The notes under the pieces are model-generated. The model saw nothing but the letters and a program-made list of their open reading frames with translations. It ran no database searches and was not told the origin of the DNA. Of a DNA stretch of 39,331 nucleotides, positions 39,308 to 39,331 are shown piece by piece (position 1 is the first letter of the stretch; each line of letters starts with the position of its first letter). This stretch comes from Candidatus Saccharimonadota bacterium (GTDB lineage: Bacteria; Patescibacteriota; Saccharimonadia; Saccharimonadales; SZUA-47). Location: positions 1 to 39,331 of the forward strand of contig JAGQNQ010000003.1 of assembly GCA_020428015.1 (NCBI GenBank), given 5' to 3'. A program made the position numbers and the translations under genes.

Positions 39308-39331
39308 TATTGAAAAATAAGCAATAATATG

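Overview
This window looks like the chromosomal origin region of a small-genome, Gram-positive-type bacterium. My guess is Patescibacteria/CPR, Saccharibacteria-like, but that is inference only. At the left end, a GT4 glycosyltransferase tail is followed by the canonical minus-strand rpmH-rnpA-yidC-jag operon. rpmH is a 45-aa gene missing from the ORF track. This operon faces dnaA-dnaN-recF, and DnaA-box clusters sit on both sides of dnaA. With zero spacer after the recF stop, a ~19-kb block begins (6450-25299). By eye it is more AT-rich; I did not compute this. The block is built as two divergent operons and reads as a stripped-down type IV secretion (T4SS)-like apparatus. The minus operon encodes a VirB6-like polytopic protein, a PrgI/VirB3-like protein and a VirB4 ATPase. 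It also encodes a separate VirB4-N-domain-like protein, two giant cell-wall hydrolases (VanY/M15; SGNH+M23) and several unknowns. The plus operon encodes six paralogous TrbC/VirB2-type pilin-domain proteins, one fused to a 22-Cys ectodomain. I see no relaxase, coupling ATPase, integrase or transposase in the window. The most unusual points are these. (1) An in-frame TGA separates the VirB6-like ORF from a phage-type S74 intramolecular-chaperone domain, exactly between the Ser and Lys of its S-D-x-R-L-K catalytic motif. (2) A ~120-aa secreted head domain is shared by the VirB6-like protein and the giant pilin, which are transcribed divergently. (3) The pilin array is six-fold. The right half carries hsp20, comF and a tRNA cassette (Ser-CGA, Arg-GCG, Ser-GCU). 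The cassette is bracketed by an 85-bp inverted repeat and littered with duplicated tRNA 3' ends. After it come an NTPase, an HTH-HAD fusion, valS with a long leader inside a 757-nt ORF-free gap, tsaD, two unknown proteins and a short MurE-like ligase. Two window-wide signals recur: an oriented intergenic 10-mer (TAACAGGGGT), and many start codons lying 6-11 nt after a -10-like hexamer (leaderless-type). All family assignments come from motifs read in the translations; no searches were run.
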